Assembly: GCA_964629685.1 (NCBI GenBank)
Contig: CAZVTT010000001.1
Coordinates: 176,627-240,626, forward strand
Direction: 5' to 3'
Source of the DNA: an uncultured Gammaproteobacteria bacterium
GTDB taxonomy: Bacteria > Patescibacteriota > Microgenomatia > UBA10105 > UBA927
DNA: 64,000 nucleotides
The notes beneath the pieces are model-generated. The model did no database searches. It was not told the DNA's origin and was given only the letters and a program-made list of their open reading frames with translations. A program made the translations under genes and the position numbers. Shown one piece after another: positions 1 to 9,888 of this stretch; the stretch's first letter is position 1, and each line of letters starts with the position of its first letter.

Positions 1-419
1 CATTACTTAAGCTTAAGACATCGCTGTTAAAGCGATACCCCCGACTTAAAATAGTAGGCATGTTTGCTCCTCCTTTCCGCAACCAAACGCATAATGAAAA
101 GAAAAAAGTACGATCTGACATAAACCGGGTTAATCCGAACATCGTATTCATTGGTCTGAGCACTCCAAAACAAGAATACTGGATGTCAGAAAACCATAAT
201 GCCCTGAATGCAAATATGTTAATTGGTGTAGGTGCGGCATTTGATTTTATTGCCGGAACTGTACCGCAGGCTCCCCCATGGGTACGTGAAGCGGGACTTG
301 AATGGAGTTTTCGTCTTCTACAGGAACCCAAACGCCTTTGGAAAAGATATTTGATCGGAAATACTAAATTTATTGCTATCCTGATTAAGGAAATGACAAA
401 AACCGCATTTGGCAATTAG
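1..419 (+). CDS. WecB/TagA/CpsF-family (GT26) glycosyltransferase, C-terminal fragment; the reading frame is open to the window start, so it is 5'-truncated
   Basis: Translation contains GLSTPKQEYWM...GVGAAFDFIAG...PPWVREAGLEWSFRLLQEPKRLWKRY, matching the conserved C-terminal half of the WecG/TagA N-acetylmannosaminyltransferase family. There is no stop codon between position 1 and the ATG at 60. Confidence 0.6.
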   Translation, partial: LLKLKTSLLKRYPRLKIVGMFAPPFRNQTHNEKKKVRSDINRVNPNIVFIGLSTPKQEYWMSENHNALNANMLIGVGAAFDFIAGTVPQAPPWVREAGLEWSFRLLQEPKRLWKRYLIGNTKFIAILIKEMTKTAFGN

Positions 420-1281
420 AATACAATCTGTTATTCTTGGGTCTATGAAAATCCAAAATTTACTCAGAAATCACACCAAAATCATCGATAATCAAGGCCG
501 CCTATTCGGAAAATATGATTTATTCGTACCATTATTCCTTCTCATCCTTCTTGTACTGGGATTTTTTGTTACCCGGGTCTTACTTCAAAAAGATACATAT
601 ATTACCGTTGAGCTTTTTGCCTCCGGAGGCGAATGGTGGTGGAATAATCCTCAGCCCCCGTATTGGCTAACCGATCCAATCCAGCCGGGAGCAAAAGAAT
701 TTGACGCTCAGGGAAATGTGCTTGCTGAAGTTCTCGATGTACGGAAATTTGAATCTGGTGAACGAAAAATGCTCTGGATTAAGGCAAAACTAAAAGTCAC
801 TCCTGCGAACAAGGCGAAACAATACAGATTCAGAAGAGAACCGATTCAAATTGGATCACTGGTTTATATAGCCCCCAACAATATTAAAATTTATACGAAT
901 GTAATGTGGGTGGAAGGCACTCCCGAAACCAGGACAGAAGAACAACACATAGTTACGTTAAAAGAATATGATGTTATCCCTTGGCACGCGGACGCAATAA
1001 AAGTGGGAGACACGATGAAAGATGACGACGGAAAAGTTCTAGTAGAAGTACTTGAAAAAAATTCCGTTCCGGCGGAAATGATAACAACTGACGACCGGGG
1101 CAATGTACTTGTACGATCAAATCCGCTGCGGAGGGACATCACTCTCAAACTAAAAATGACTACAGTTAAATCACGAAACAGAAACTACTTTTCATATTTC
1201 CAACCTATAAAGATCGGATTCTATATCTGGATTCCGTTTGAAAACACTAACTTCAGTGGGAATATTCTTGCTATCGACTAA
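409..1281 (+). CDS. hypothetical membrane-anchored protein with one N-terminal transmembrane helix; possibly DUF4330-like
   Basis: 290-aa ORF. The hydrophobic segment LFVPLFLLILLVLGFFVT is followed by a charged soluble region. No catalytic motif was recognised. Confidence 0.4.
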   Translation: MAIRIQSVILGSMKIQNLLRNHTKIIDNQGRLFGKYDLFVPLFLLILLVLGFFVTRVLLQKDTYITVELFASGGEWWWNNPQPPYWLTDPIQPGAKEFDAQGNVLAEVLDVRKFESGERKMLWIKAKLKVTPANKAKQYRFRREPIQIGSLVYIAPNNIKIYTNVMWVEGTPETRTEEQHIVTLKEYDVIPWHADAIKVGDTMKDDDGKVLVEVLEKNSVPAEMITTDDRGNVLVRSNPLRRDITLKLKMTTVKSRNRNYFSYFQPIKIGFYIWIPFENTNFSGNILAID

Positions 1282-2411
1282 CTAAGCTTGCAGAATACTT
1301 GGTGGAGATTAGTTGCTGTTGTATCCCATGAAAAGGGCTTTACTGCCAGAAAACCTTTTTGTATTAGGGCTTCTCGTTCCTGCACGCTAAGTTGCAAAAT
1401 TTTTCTCATCCTCATCACAACTTCTGCAGTACCATCTGAGGTAAGTAAGGAGTATTTACGCATTGAGGAAAGCAACCTGGGAAGAAATCCCATTTGGGTC
1501 ACGAGTACGGGAGTTCCGCACGCCAGACTCTCGAGCACCACCAGAGGCATCATTTCCTGCTTAGATAAAAGGACCAATAGATCGGACAGCTGATATAACT
1601 GGCGAATGTCCCGGTAATCCTGAATAAAATGAATGTTCGGTAGCTTTAACTGATTTTGCATCTGTCTTAGCGCAAGATGGTACTTTCGGGAATACTCATC
1701 GTAATACGGAGGATACGCGATAATAAGTCCGATGTCTGGAAGATTCAACTGTTTAAATGCAAGCAGCAATTCTTTCACACCCTTTTTCTCATCCATCCTT
1801 CCTACATACAGGAAAATCCGTTTATACGGGTAGTGCAGTTTACTGCGCAATTGTTTTTTTTTCATTTCACTAATAGGATAAAACGTTTTGGTAGAAACCC
1901 CGTTGGGAACAATAATAGTCTTAGTTTTGTACTTCATGAGTTTATATGCCTGTAAGAACTCATTCCGTGATATTTCTGATACAAAACAGATAACCGATGA
2001 AGCGCTTACGGCATACTTCTGGAGCCCGATAACAAGCTTGCTAAGTATACGGACATACAGACCTCGCACGTTATAGATAGGTAAACTTGTCGGGATAAAT
2101 CGCTGATCCCCGTGAAGGTGAAACACCGATGGGACATTTCTCAAACGAGAAAACGTTTTGGCCACAGAAAAGGTGTACATCGCAGAATATATACAACTCA
2201 CGTCGCTTACTTTCTGAAAGAGTTTCCAAAAATCAACAATAGACCAAGTTAAATTTCTAAAAAATGAGAACTTACCGTTAAATCGGTTTGGCGGTTGCTT
2301 ATGAATAATAAGCGTATCTTGAGGGAACAACCTCACATAAGTGTCAATTATCGCTTCCGTAGCAACTTTCGAACCACTTGGAACATCCTGATAAAGGATT
2401 AGCACTTTCAC
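1278..2411 (-). CDS. GT4-family (GT-B) glycosyltransferase
   Basis: Contains GRMDEKKGVKELLLAF and C-terminal ESLACGTPVLVT, which is the E-x7-E region typical of retaining GT4 enzymes. Confidence 0.8.
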   Translation of the reverse strand: MKVLILYQDVPSGSKVATEAIIDTYVRLFPQDTLIIHKQPPNRFNGKFSFFRNLTWSIVDFWKLFQKVSDVSCIYSAMYTFSVAKTFSRLRNVPSVFHLHGDQRFIPTSLPIYNVRGLYVRILSKLVIGLQKYAVSASSVICFVSEISRNEFLQAYKLMKYKTKTIIVPNGVSTKTFYPISEMKKKQLRSKLHYPYKRIFLYVGRMDEKKGVKELLLAFKQLNLPDIGLIIAYPPYYDEYSRKYHLALRQMQNQLKLPNIHFIQDYRDIRQLYQLSDLLVLLSKQEMMPLVVLESLACGTPVLVTQMGFLPRLLSSMRKYSLLTSDGTAEVVMRMRKILQLSVQEREALIQKGFLAVKPFSWDTTATNLHQVFCKLS

Positions 2412-3484
2412 ACTATCGTACTCCCTTTTAATGCTTCATCCTCAGTAAAATCTACAGCTACATTTCGGATGTGATCAAGTATTTCTTTTCTGACTTTTGT
2501 TTCATTTACACTTCGTTCTCTACCCTTATGGAGTAAATACGAAAACGAAGGCGACGTACGTTGCTGCTCTGCGGAGACTGATAATTGATACGTGATTTTT
2601 CCGGATACTGTTGAAGCATATAGCTGTGTATCCGCGGTTAAAAGCATATGGAGTTTGCCCGAAATAGCCATCATTTCTTTGGGAGTAATGGCATATCCCT
2701 GACCAAGATTTTCTACATTTCTGTTATGGACATGGGTCAAGAATCCTCTACCTGACGTTGTAAGAACCCGGGTAATTTCCTCTACCACGTACTTTTTCTT
2801 CACAAAATACATAAAGCAATCGTTACATGTTATAGCGGTTAACGATGACGAATTAAAGGGTAATCCCAAATTCACGTCGCAGCAGATTAGCAATACCGAT
2901 GGTTTAACCACAAAATTCCTGGCCAGGTACAAGAGGTTGAATGAAGTATCAATACCGATAAGTGAACGGATATGTAACTCAGATGCTTTCGCAAGAAAGT
3001 TACCAGTCCCACAACCCACGTCAACCAAGACGTCGGTTTTTTTCATACTGGATAGTGTCAGGAGTGAAAGCATGTAGGTAGCCCGTCTGTTACGATTGCG
3101 CAAGTACGTATACCACGGTTTCTGACCTGGTGAAAGAACTGATAGCAATGACAAAAAAGATAAATAAGAACTAATTTTCCTTATGAGCGGTATTTCAAGT
3201 AAAATATATGTCCAACGAATCCATCGTCTGTCTTCTATAAGTCTACGCACAGCTTTTAGACCATTACCGTGTCTCAACTCGCTAATAACCTGTTGATTTA
3301 ATCTGGTTGGATCCTTTTTCAAATATAATATTCCGTGTAGCAATGGATACGCATCGCAGGCGCAGGAAACCACACCGGAGATACTCCCCTCTCCTGTGAA
3401 AAAGAATCGCTCAGTTATGGAGAGTAAATGCTCACAATAGGGGCATCGTAATAATGGAATAATTGCTTCAATCTGTTTAGCCAT
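2408..3484 (-). CDS. class I SAM-dependent methyltransferase with an N-terminal Cys-rich (Trm112-like zinc-ribbon) segment
   Basis: Motif I VLVDVGCGTGNFL. The N-terminus has CPYCEHLL...CACDAY. Confidence 0.7.
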   Translation of the reverse strand: MAKQIEAIIPLLRCPYCEHLLSITERFFFTGEGSISGVVSCACDAYPLLHGILYLKKDPTRLNQQVISELRHGNGLKAVRRLIEDRRWIRWTYILLEIPLIRKISSYLSFLSLLSVLSPGQKPWYTYLRNRNRRATYMLSLLTLSSMKKTDVLVDVGCGTGNFLAKASELHIRSLIGIDTSFNLLYLARNFVVKPSVLLICCDVNLGLPFNSSSLTAITCNDCFMYFVKKKYVVEEITRVLTTSGRGFLTHVHNRNVENLGQGYAITPKEMMAISGKLHMLLTADTQLYASTVSGKITYQLSVSAEQQRTSPSFSYLLHKGRERSVNETKVRKEILDHIRNVAVDFTEDEALKGSTIV

Positions 3485-4241
3485 TGTTTGCTGTATAGTA
3501 CATTTCGTAAAGATTATCTGCGGTAGATAAACCGCTTTTTACTAATCCGCGAATCTGACTTTTATATTTCCCGATTGCCATGATCTTCTTCCTTCCATAA
3601 TCACCGGTAGGCAGAACGTTATGGCCAATAATGCTTGCATTAATTGAGCTTAAGTATGCCAATCTGGAAAATATTTGTATAGAATTAGATCTATATGGTA
3701 CGTCTTCCCAGTACGTAATTCGGTTTCCGAAGGTTCGACGCCCAGCGTTAAAAGTCACCAAGTGATCCACGTGATTACCCACTCCTAACGGCAGATATAT
3801 TTCGGTTTCGTCACGAACACTCGTTAACATAAATTGACGCAATGCTCTTGTTACTTCTTCTTCGAAGATTGCATCCTCCCGGGAGATATTGCCGGAAAAA
3901 ACTGATTTAAACGAGTCGTATATAAGCTTACCTGACTTATTTTTTCTGAAAATTGCATCGGTAAAACCTCCGTGTACATATGCACTACCGAGTAACGATA
4001 ACGCTTTCCTATCCTCTTCCTTTCTACTACGGAACAATGCATCTGCATCACTACTTCCTGAATCATGCAAAAATTTTTGCGCGTCCTCGGAGTATCTCCC
4101 CATACACCCTTCCGTAATAACCGTATAAACGCATACCCGTTTTTTTTTTCGACTGTAAGCGGAAATCATGCCGCCGGCGGAAAGCACGGCATCATCCAGG
4201 TGGGGTGAAATAAACAGAGCATCGTAAAACATAAGCCTCAT
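3477..4241 (-). CDS. PIG-L/LmbE-family N-acetylglucosaminyl deacetylase
   Basis: LmbE signature FISPHLDDAVLSAGG near the N-terminus, with a downstream HVDH metal-binding motif. Confidence 0.8.
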   Translation of the reverse strand: MRLMFYDALFISPHLDDAVLSAGGMISAYSRKKKRVCVYTVITEGCMGRYSEDAQKFLHDSGSSDADALFRSRKEEDRKALSLLGSAYVHGGFTDAIFRKNKSGKLIYDSFKSVFSGNISREDAIFEEEVTRALRQFMLTSVRDETEIYLPLGVGNHVDHLVTFNAGRRTFGNRITYWEDVPYRSNSIQIFSRLAYLSSINASIIGHNVLPTGDYGRKKIMAIGKYKSQIRGLVKSGLSTADNLYEMYYTANNG

Positions 4242-4332
4242 CTATTAAGAAATTGATCATAATGATATTATATAGACGCTAAAATAGGAATTAGGGGCTT
4301 TATATTGCGAAATTTTCTTCTATAAATCATCT

Positions 4333-5625
4333 ATGAAACAGCTTTCAGTATTTTGGTCTTACCTACGAACCCATGTAACTCTGTTTGTATTTCCTGCCTT
4401 ACTGATCATGTTTGTATTGGGATATTTTGAATCATTACGGTGGCCGCTACCCGGACCAAAAGCCACACATGGATTCTTGAAAGCTCTTTTTCTCGGACTA
4501 GTTTTTATTTTAATTTTTTTCCGTACCGAGTTTAAGCAAACGAAGCACAAAATACAAAATTTACTGCTTCTTTTCTATTCTTTTGCATATGTACTTTCTT
4601 CTCTGTTTTCTCAGTCACCGGGGACATCATTTCTCAATCTATGGTATCCACTAATTTCCGCAACCATTATAATTTCATTTTCAAAAATCACACTCAAACA
4701 AAAACATATATATATCTTTATTTCAATTTGTGCATTATTAATCCTTACCACCTTCGTATTTGCCTTCTTTTCGATTTTCTATAGATATAGCGTTGACAAC
4801 CTCTATTACTTTATTTTTTTGGATCATAGAGCCAACTATTTTTTGAGTGAGCTGAGAAACTTCGGTAAATATGTCAGTCTGGGACCTTATATTATGCTTG
4901 CACCTCTTTGTTTTATCTTCCTTGTTCAGAAGCATTCATCACTTGCCCGGAGAATATTTTCACTTGGGATAATATTAATGACGACGATCACGGCTGTAAT
5001 AAGCAACAACCGTATCGACGTACTAATTATGGCGATACATTTTTCAATCCTGTTGTTTTTGGTTCCCCGCCGGACTGCCGTAATTATTTTAGCAATAGTT
5101 ATCCCGTTGGTTACATTTAGCCTATCGGTTTCGCAAATTTATTACGGTTTCAACTTGGCTGAGCGAATCCTTACGCCGAAAATAGAACGCGATCTGGAAA
5201 CAATAGATATGCGTTTTACGTATTGGCAAACGGCACTCTATAATTTCCGCAATTATCCGTTGGTGGGCTCCGGACCTAACTCGTATAACGATGTGAGTGA
5301 TTTCCCGTTGCGGCACTATTACGATCCCGGAACAAGACAATACACCGTACGTGCAGACGAAGGAATAGGCATTCACAATATTTTTATAGAACGACTCTCT
5401 GATACCGGACTGATTGGCTTCTCTGCGTTTATAGCGATACTGTTTTTCTTTTTAAGAACGGATGTCATCCGATTCATTAATTTTGATCCGGAAAAAAGAA
5501 AAGTATATCTGCTGTTTGCGCTTTCCTCCTGGACCTGGATCTTGTACGGAGTTACGGATAATGGCTATGGCGCTCAAGGCATGGTTACATTTTTCGTCCT
5601 GCGCGGTATAGTAAATCACCTATGA
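4333..5625 (+). CDS. O-antigen ligase/polymerase-like (Wzy_C/WaaL family) polytopic membrane protein
   Basis: About 10 predicted transmembrane segments. The loop contains HNIFIERLSDTGLIGF, resembling the Wzy_C domain. Confidence 0.6.
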   Translation: MKQLSVFWSYLRTHVTLFVFPALLIMFVLGYFESLRWPLPGPKATHGFLKALFLGLVFILIFFRTEFKQTKHKIQNLLLLFYSFAYVLSSLFSQSPGTSFLNLWYPLISATIIISFSKITLKQKHIYIFISICALLILTTFVFAFFSIFYRYSVDNLYYFIFLDHRANYFLSELRNFGKYVSLGPYIMLAPLCFIFLVQKHSSLARRIFSLGIILMTTITAVISNNRIDVLIMAIHFSILLFLVPRRTAVIILAIVIPLVTFSLSVSQIYYGFNLAERILTPKIERDLETIDMRFTYWQTALYNFRNYPLVGSGPNSYNDVSDFPLRHYYDPGTRQYTVRADEGIGIHNIFIERLSDTGLIGFSAFIAILFFFLRTDVIRFINFDPEKRKVYLLFALSSWTWILYGVTDNGYGAQGMVTFFVLRGIVNHL

Positions 5626-6719
5626 GGGTAGCCATCATCCACGACAGCCTTGTTGAGCTTGGTGGTGCAGAGCGGGTACTCTGGACATTTCTAAAAATAT
5701 TTCCCTCTGCAGACCTTTATATACCGTTGATCTCTCAGCAAAAACTCAATGCACTCAGAGAAGTATACACTGGTCGCATTTATTCGCTTCCGTTCAAATT
5801 CCCCTTCCCTCGCATTGCCAGTTATTTTAAACCCTTTCTATATTTCTATTGGGAACTGTTAAATTTAAATGATTACGACCTTGTTATTTCTTCATCTCAC
5901 TCTTTTTCATCAAAATCCGTAATTACCTCCCCCCATACGCTGCATATTTCATACATCTATACACCTCCCAGATATCTTTACTCTGAATTTAATGAAATGA
6001 CAGGATTACGGCGACCAGTCGTAAAGACTCTGACGATTTTACTATTCTCCTGGTTACGCGTGTGGGACTATATTGGTGCACAAAGACCGGATGTAATAAT
6101 CGCAATTTCACAAACTGTAGCCCGTAGAATAAAAAAGTATTACAGAAGAGACTGTCAGGTAATATATCCACCCTGTACTCTCCCTAAACCCTTTAACACT
6201 CGAAATAAAAAGGATGAATATTTCTTAGTAGTATCCAGGCTGGCAAAACAGAAAGGTATAGAACTGGCAATAGAAGCCTGCAATCAACTGAAGTTAAGAC
6301 TTCTGGTTGTAGGTGAGGGCGCTAATGCCAAATATTTGCGGAAAATTGCCGGTACAACGGTTGCGTTTACCGGAAGAGTATCGGATAAACAATTGGATGC
6401 AATCTATCTGAATGCAAAGGCTCTTATATACTGCTCTGTGGAAGAAGATTTCGGAATCGTTCCGGTAGAAGCTATGGCGCATGGAGTACCCGTAATTGCA
6501 TACAATTCCGGAGCGACTGCGGAGACAGTACTACCCGGAGAAACCGGAATATTCTTTAATGAGTATTCAGTAGAAAGCTTAAACTCTGCCATTAAGCAAT
6601 TTAATCATATGCAATTCTCCGCTTCTGTCTGTATACGTCAAGCGAACAAATTTTCCGAAACTAAATTCATTACGCAATTGCAAACACTTATTCGCAAACA
6701 TATTCCACAATATACCTAA
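5622..6719 (+). CDS. GT4-family glycosyltransferase (tandem paralog A)
   Basis: N-terminus MRVAIIHDSLVELGGAERVL. The C-terminal EEDFGIVPVEAMAHGVPVIA is a GT4 motif. Confidence 0.8.
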   Translation: MRVAIIHDSLVELGGAERVLWTFLKIFPSADLYIPLISQQKLNALREVYTGRIYSLPFKFPFPRIASYFKPFLYFYWELLNLNDYDLVISSSHSFSSKSVITSPHTLHISYIYTPPRYLYSEFNEMTGLRRPVVKTLTILLFSWLRVWDYIGAQRPDVIIAISQTVARRIKKYYRRDCQVIYPPCTLPKPFNTRNKKDEYFLVVSRLAKQKGIELAIEACNQLKLRLLVVGEGANAKYLRKIAGTTVAFTGRVSDKQLDAIYLNAKALIYCSVEEDFGIVPVEAMAHGVPVIAYNSGATAETVLPGETGIFFNEYSVESLNSAIKQFNHMQFSASVCIRQANKFSETKFITQLQTLIRKHIPQYT

Positions 6720-6724
6720 AATAT

Positions 6725-7822
6725 ATGAAAGTTTTAATTGTCCACGATGTATACGAAGAGTTGGGCGGTGCGGAACGGGTCTTAGATAAACTCATTAAGA
6801 TGTATCCTTCTGCAGATGTCTTTATAGGATTAAGCAACAATAACCGGATAGAAATGCTAAAGAAAAAAACAAATGGTCAGGTTACTGTTTCACGATTGAG
6901 TAGTATCTGGCCATTAAGCCATGCTTCGATATTACTGAAACCATTTCTATACCTCATGTGGGAACTCCGGAACTTTTCAGAATACGACCTGATAATTTCT
7001 TCTTCACATCTGTATTCAGCCAAGTCACTTATCTCACCGCCGAATACTTTGCACGTATCTTATATCCATACGCCGCCAAAATATCTGTATTCTGAATATA
7101 ATGAATCCAGAATTCTTCGGAATAAATTATTCAGGGTATTGCTGTCTCCCCTGCTTTCATGGCTAAGGGTAATGGATTTTATAGGTGCCCAAAGACCGGA
7201 TGTGCTTATAGCAAATTCTGAAATAGTACGTAAGAGAATAAAAAAATATTACCGCCGGGATAGTGTGGTTATTTATCCACCGGTTACCATTCCCGCTTCT
7301 TTACCGAAAACAATCAAACAAAAATATTATCTGTGCCTTTCACGGTTGACTGAACAAAAAGGCATCGATTTAGCCGTACGGGCCTGCTCTCAGGCGAACC
7401 TTCCGCTCGTAGTGGTAGGAGAGGGATCGGAAATGACATATCTCAAATCTATTGCCGGACCCTCAGTTCATTTTCTCGGAAGAATACCTGATAATGAACT
7501 AGCGCACATCTATGCAGGAGCCAAAGCACTCATCTATTGCTCCATAGACGAAGATTTCGGAATTGTACCTGTTGAAGCCATGGGGTACGGGGTGCCCATC
7601 ATCGGATTCCGTTCCGGTGCAATATCAGAAACGGTAATTCACGGCAAAACCGGCGTATTGTTTACCGATTTCTCACGTGAAGGACTTCTGGATGCAATAG
7701 TTCAGCTAGAATCACTGAAGGTTAAAGTGAAAGTCTGCAGAAACCAGGCAAAAAAATTTACAGATGATAATTTTGCTCGGAGTATACGTATGTCGGTATG
7801 CAACGCAATAAGTGGTAACTAA
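6725..7822 (+). CDS. GT4-family glycosyltransferase (tandem paralog B)
   Basis: MKVLIVHDVYEELGGAERVL...DEDFGIVPVEAMGYGVPIIG. It is collinear with the preceding 365-aa ORF at roughly 50-60% identity. Confidence 0.8.
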   Translation: MKVLIVHDVYEELGGAERVLDKLIKMYPSADVFIGLSNNNRIEMLKKKTNGQVTVSRLSSIWPLSHASILLKPFLYLMWELRNFSEYDLIISSSHLYSAKSLISPPNTLHVSYIHTPPKYLYSEYNESRILRNKLFRVLLSPLLSWLRVMDFIGAQRPDVLIANSEIVRKRIKKYYRRDSVVIYPPVTIPASLPKTIKQKYYLCLSRLTEQKGIDLAVRACSQANLPLVVVGEGSEMTYLKSIAGPSVHFLGRIPDNELAHIYAGAKALIYCSIDEDFGIVPVEAMGYGVPIIGFRSGAISETVIHGKTGVLFTDFSREGLLDAIVQLESLKVKVKVCRNQAKKFTDDNFARSIRMSVCNAISGN

Positions 7823-7839
7823 AAAATAAACATCACAGT

Positions 7840-9888
7840 ATGAAAGTATTTCATTGGCTTCAGGGAATAGTATTATTCATAATATTCGCATCTTTACCCA
7901 TTTTCCTCTACTTTTCTCCAACCTTAGTAAACAGTGAGAACCTCATGTTAAAGGACAGTGATTCCTATTATTTTGTCCATCGAGCACATTACCTTGCAAC
8001 TCAGTTTAAGTCTCAAGATATATTTGGTCCTTCGAGATCCCTGTTCTATCCGGATCGATTTATGATTTTCTACGACGGTGGACTAATATATTCTGCTATC
8101 TATATTCTGTTACAAAAAGCAGTCATAAATGTTGTCCTAGCCTACAATCTTATGATACCCGTAGTTCTGGGTCTTGCAGGATTGACAATGTATTTTACGG
8201 TATTTAAGTTAACTCGGAATAAATTTTCGGCATTCGTCTCTGGATTTCTTTTTTCCTATAATCCAATCTCTGTTTCTCTTTATTGGGCACCCAATCTCTT
8301 GTCCGGGTATGCTCTCATTCCGTTAATGATCCACATCCTCATTGGGGAAGTATCATCTAAAAAATCATTCTCCTTTTCATTGGCAACAATCCTATTTGTT
8401 ATTGTGGGACTTGCATCCGTTCAAGTTTGGATGATGTCGGCACTGTTAATCTTCGGATTTATAATATTTCAGTTGCTACATCGAAGATATATATCCGCAC
8501 GATCAGTAAGCGTCTCGTATTTACTCTCTGCTATCATTTTATCCCCTCTCCTTATCTATCACAGCGTTTATTCAAATTTGTACGACATCCATAGAGACCT
8601 AGGGGGAATTATTGCCGGAAGCTTAAAGCTATGGGAAATACCACACTGGTTTATACCTTATTGTAAATCGATCGGTAACGACATAGCCACAAGTGTAAAC
8701 CCTAACATTCCATGTTCCACTAATGAGTACTTTTGGCTCGGCATCTCCCTGACAGGATTAATGGTTATTATGATTAGTTACTTACTTATAAGAAGAAAAA
8801 ATGTACATATCACCAAAGAAAACAGTTATCTGCTAACATTGTTTTTACTTTTTCTGTTTTTCGCATTTGGCCCAATTATCAAATTGAATTCTACATCAAT
8901 ATTTACACCCTATTATCTCCTTTTTATTATTTCACCACTAAACAGTATTAGAATTCCATCAAGATTTCTCTACTTCAACATAGCAATACTATGCATATGG
9001 ATTGGTTTGCTTGTCTTTCAGTTTCAAAAACTAACTAATTTCAAAAAAATATTTCTCCTAGTAATACTCATCGCATTAATAGCATATAGTATAGAGTCTC
9101 GCTACAGATTACCACCGAACTATAAACGACAACCAGCACCGTCCCAACAAGTATGGAAAGAACTCTCAAAGCCCTTATATTCGAAATATATTCTTTTTCC
9201 TATTTCTCCGTTTACAAATCCAGAACAACCTAATCCAATAGAGGCAACCGAATTTTTTGAACAGCTAGTACACCAAAAAGCTACGGTTTGGGGTTATCCG
9301 GGTTTTATGTCAGAAGCCAGTAGAAATTTACTTGAATATCTACTATTTACTGAATTGAAATATAACACAATAAAGGGGCTAGCCCTACTTGATATAGATA
9401 CAATTGTAGTAAATAAAAAAACGTATCACTTATTTGAGTTATTGCGGGATATACCGGGACTCATTAAGACATACGAAGATGAAACATATCTCATTTATTC
9501 AATTAACCTATCTGAGCTTAAACCGGTGGCAGCAACTCCATCCAATTTATCATTCGAATGTATTATAACCTCCGATAACAAACAAATAGAAGACTATCCA
9601 AACTATCCATTTCAGCTTACTCTAAAAATTTATAACAACAGTACCAATCCTTTTGTTCAAAAGAAACCACAGGAAAAAGTTCAACTTAATATTACTACCA
9701 CAAATCGGCATCTGAATAGACAATCAAGTTATCTTCAATTACCATTTCTTATTCCCCCGCACTCCTATGGTTACGCGACTACACGTTTAAAACGCTTACC
9801 GGATCAAATAAAGGATACTACACTGGTAGGTTCTAATATCTATCTTACCCAAGCAATTCGTTGTTCCGTCCAGTTTTTAGAATACTAA
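7840..9888 (+). CDS. large polytopic membrane protein with a C-terminal soluble domain; possibly a GT-C-fold glycosyltransferase (YfhO/ArnT-like)
   Basis: 682 aa. There are at least 10 hydrophobic helices in the first ~420 aa, then a soluble ~250-aa tail. Its location inside the glycan locus fits this call, but no definitive motif was found. Confidence 0.4.
   Translation: MKVFHWLQGIVLFIIFASLPIFLYFSPTLVNSENLMLKDSDSYYFVHRAHYLATQFKSQDIFGPSRSLFYPDRFMIFYDGGLIYSAIYILLQKAVINVVLAYNLMIPVVLGLAGLTMYFTVFKLTRNKFSAFVSGFLFSYNPISVSLYWAPNLLSGYALIPLMIHILIGEVSSKKSFSFSLATILFVIVGLASVQVWMMSALLIFGFIIFQLLHRRYISARSVSVSYLLSAIILSPLLIYHSVYSNLYDIHRDLGGIIAGSLKLWEIPHWFIPYCKSIGNDIATSVNPNIPCSTNEYFWLGISLTGLMVIMISYLLIRRKNVHITKENSYLLTLFLLFLFFAFGPIIKLNSTSIFTPYYLLFIISPLNSIRIPSRFLYFNIAILCIWIGLLVFQFQKLTNFKKIFLLVILIALIAYSIESRYRLPPNYKRQPAPSQQVWKELSKPLYSKYILFPISPFTNPEQPNPIEATEFFEQLVHQKATVWGYPGFMSEASRNLLEYLLFTELKYNTIKGLALLDIDTIVVNKKTYHLFELLRDIPGLIKTYEDETYLIYSINLSELKPVAATPSNLSFECIITSDNKQIEDYPNYPFQLTLKIYNNSTNPFVQKKPQEKVQLNITTTNRHLNRQSSYLQLPFLIPPHSYGYATTRLKRLPDQIKDTTLVGSNIYLTQAIRCSVQFLEY

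Noticed and set aside
891-4128. Several 60-110-aa antisense or overlapping ORFs (891-1148, 1288-1593, 1677-2076, 3851-4128)
   Set aside because: All are embedded within longer ORFs that have clear family motifs (GT4, deacetylase). They have no recognisable domains and are most likely spurious.
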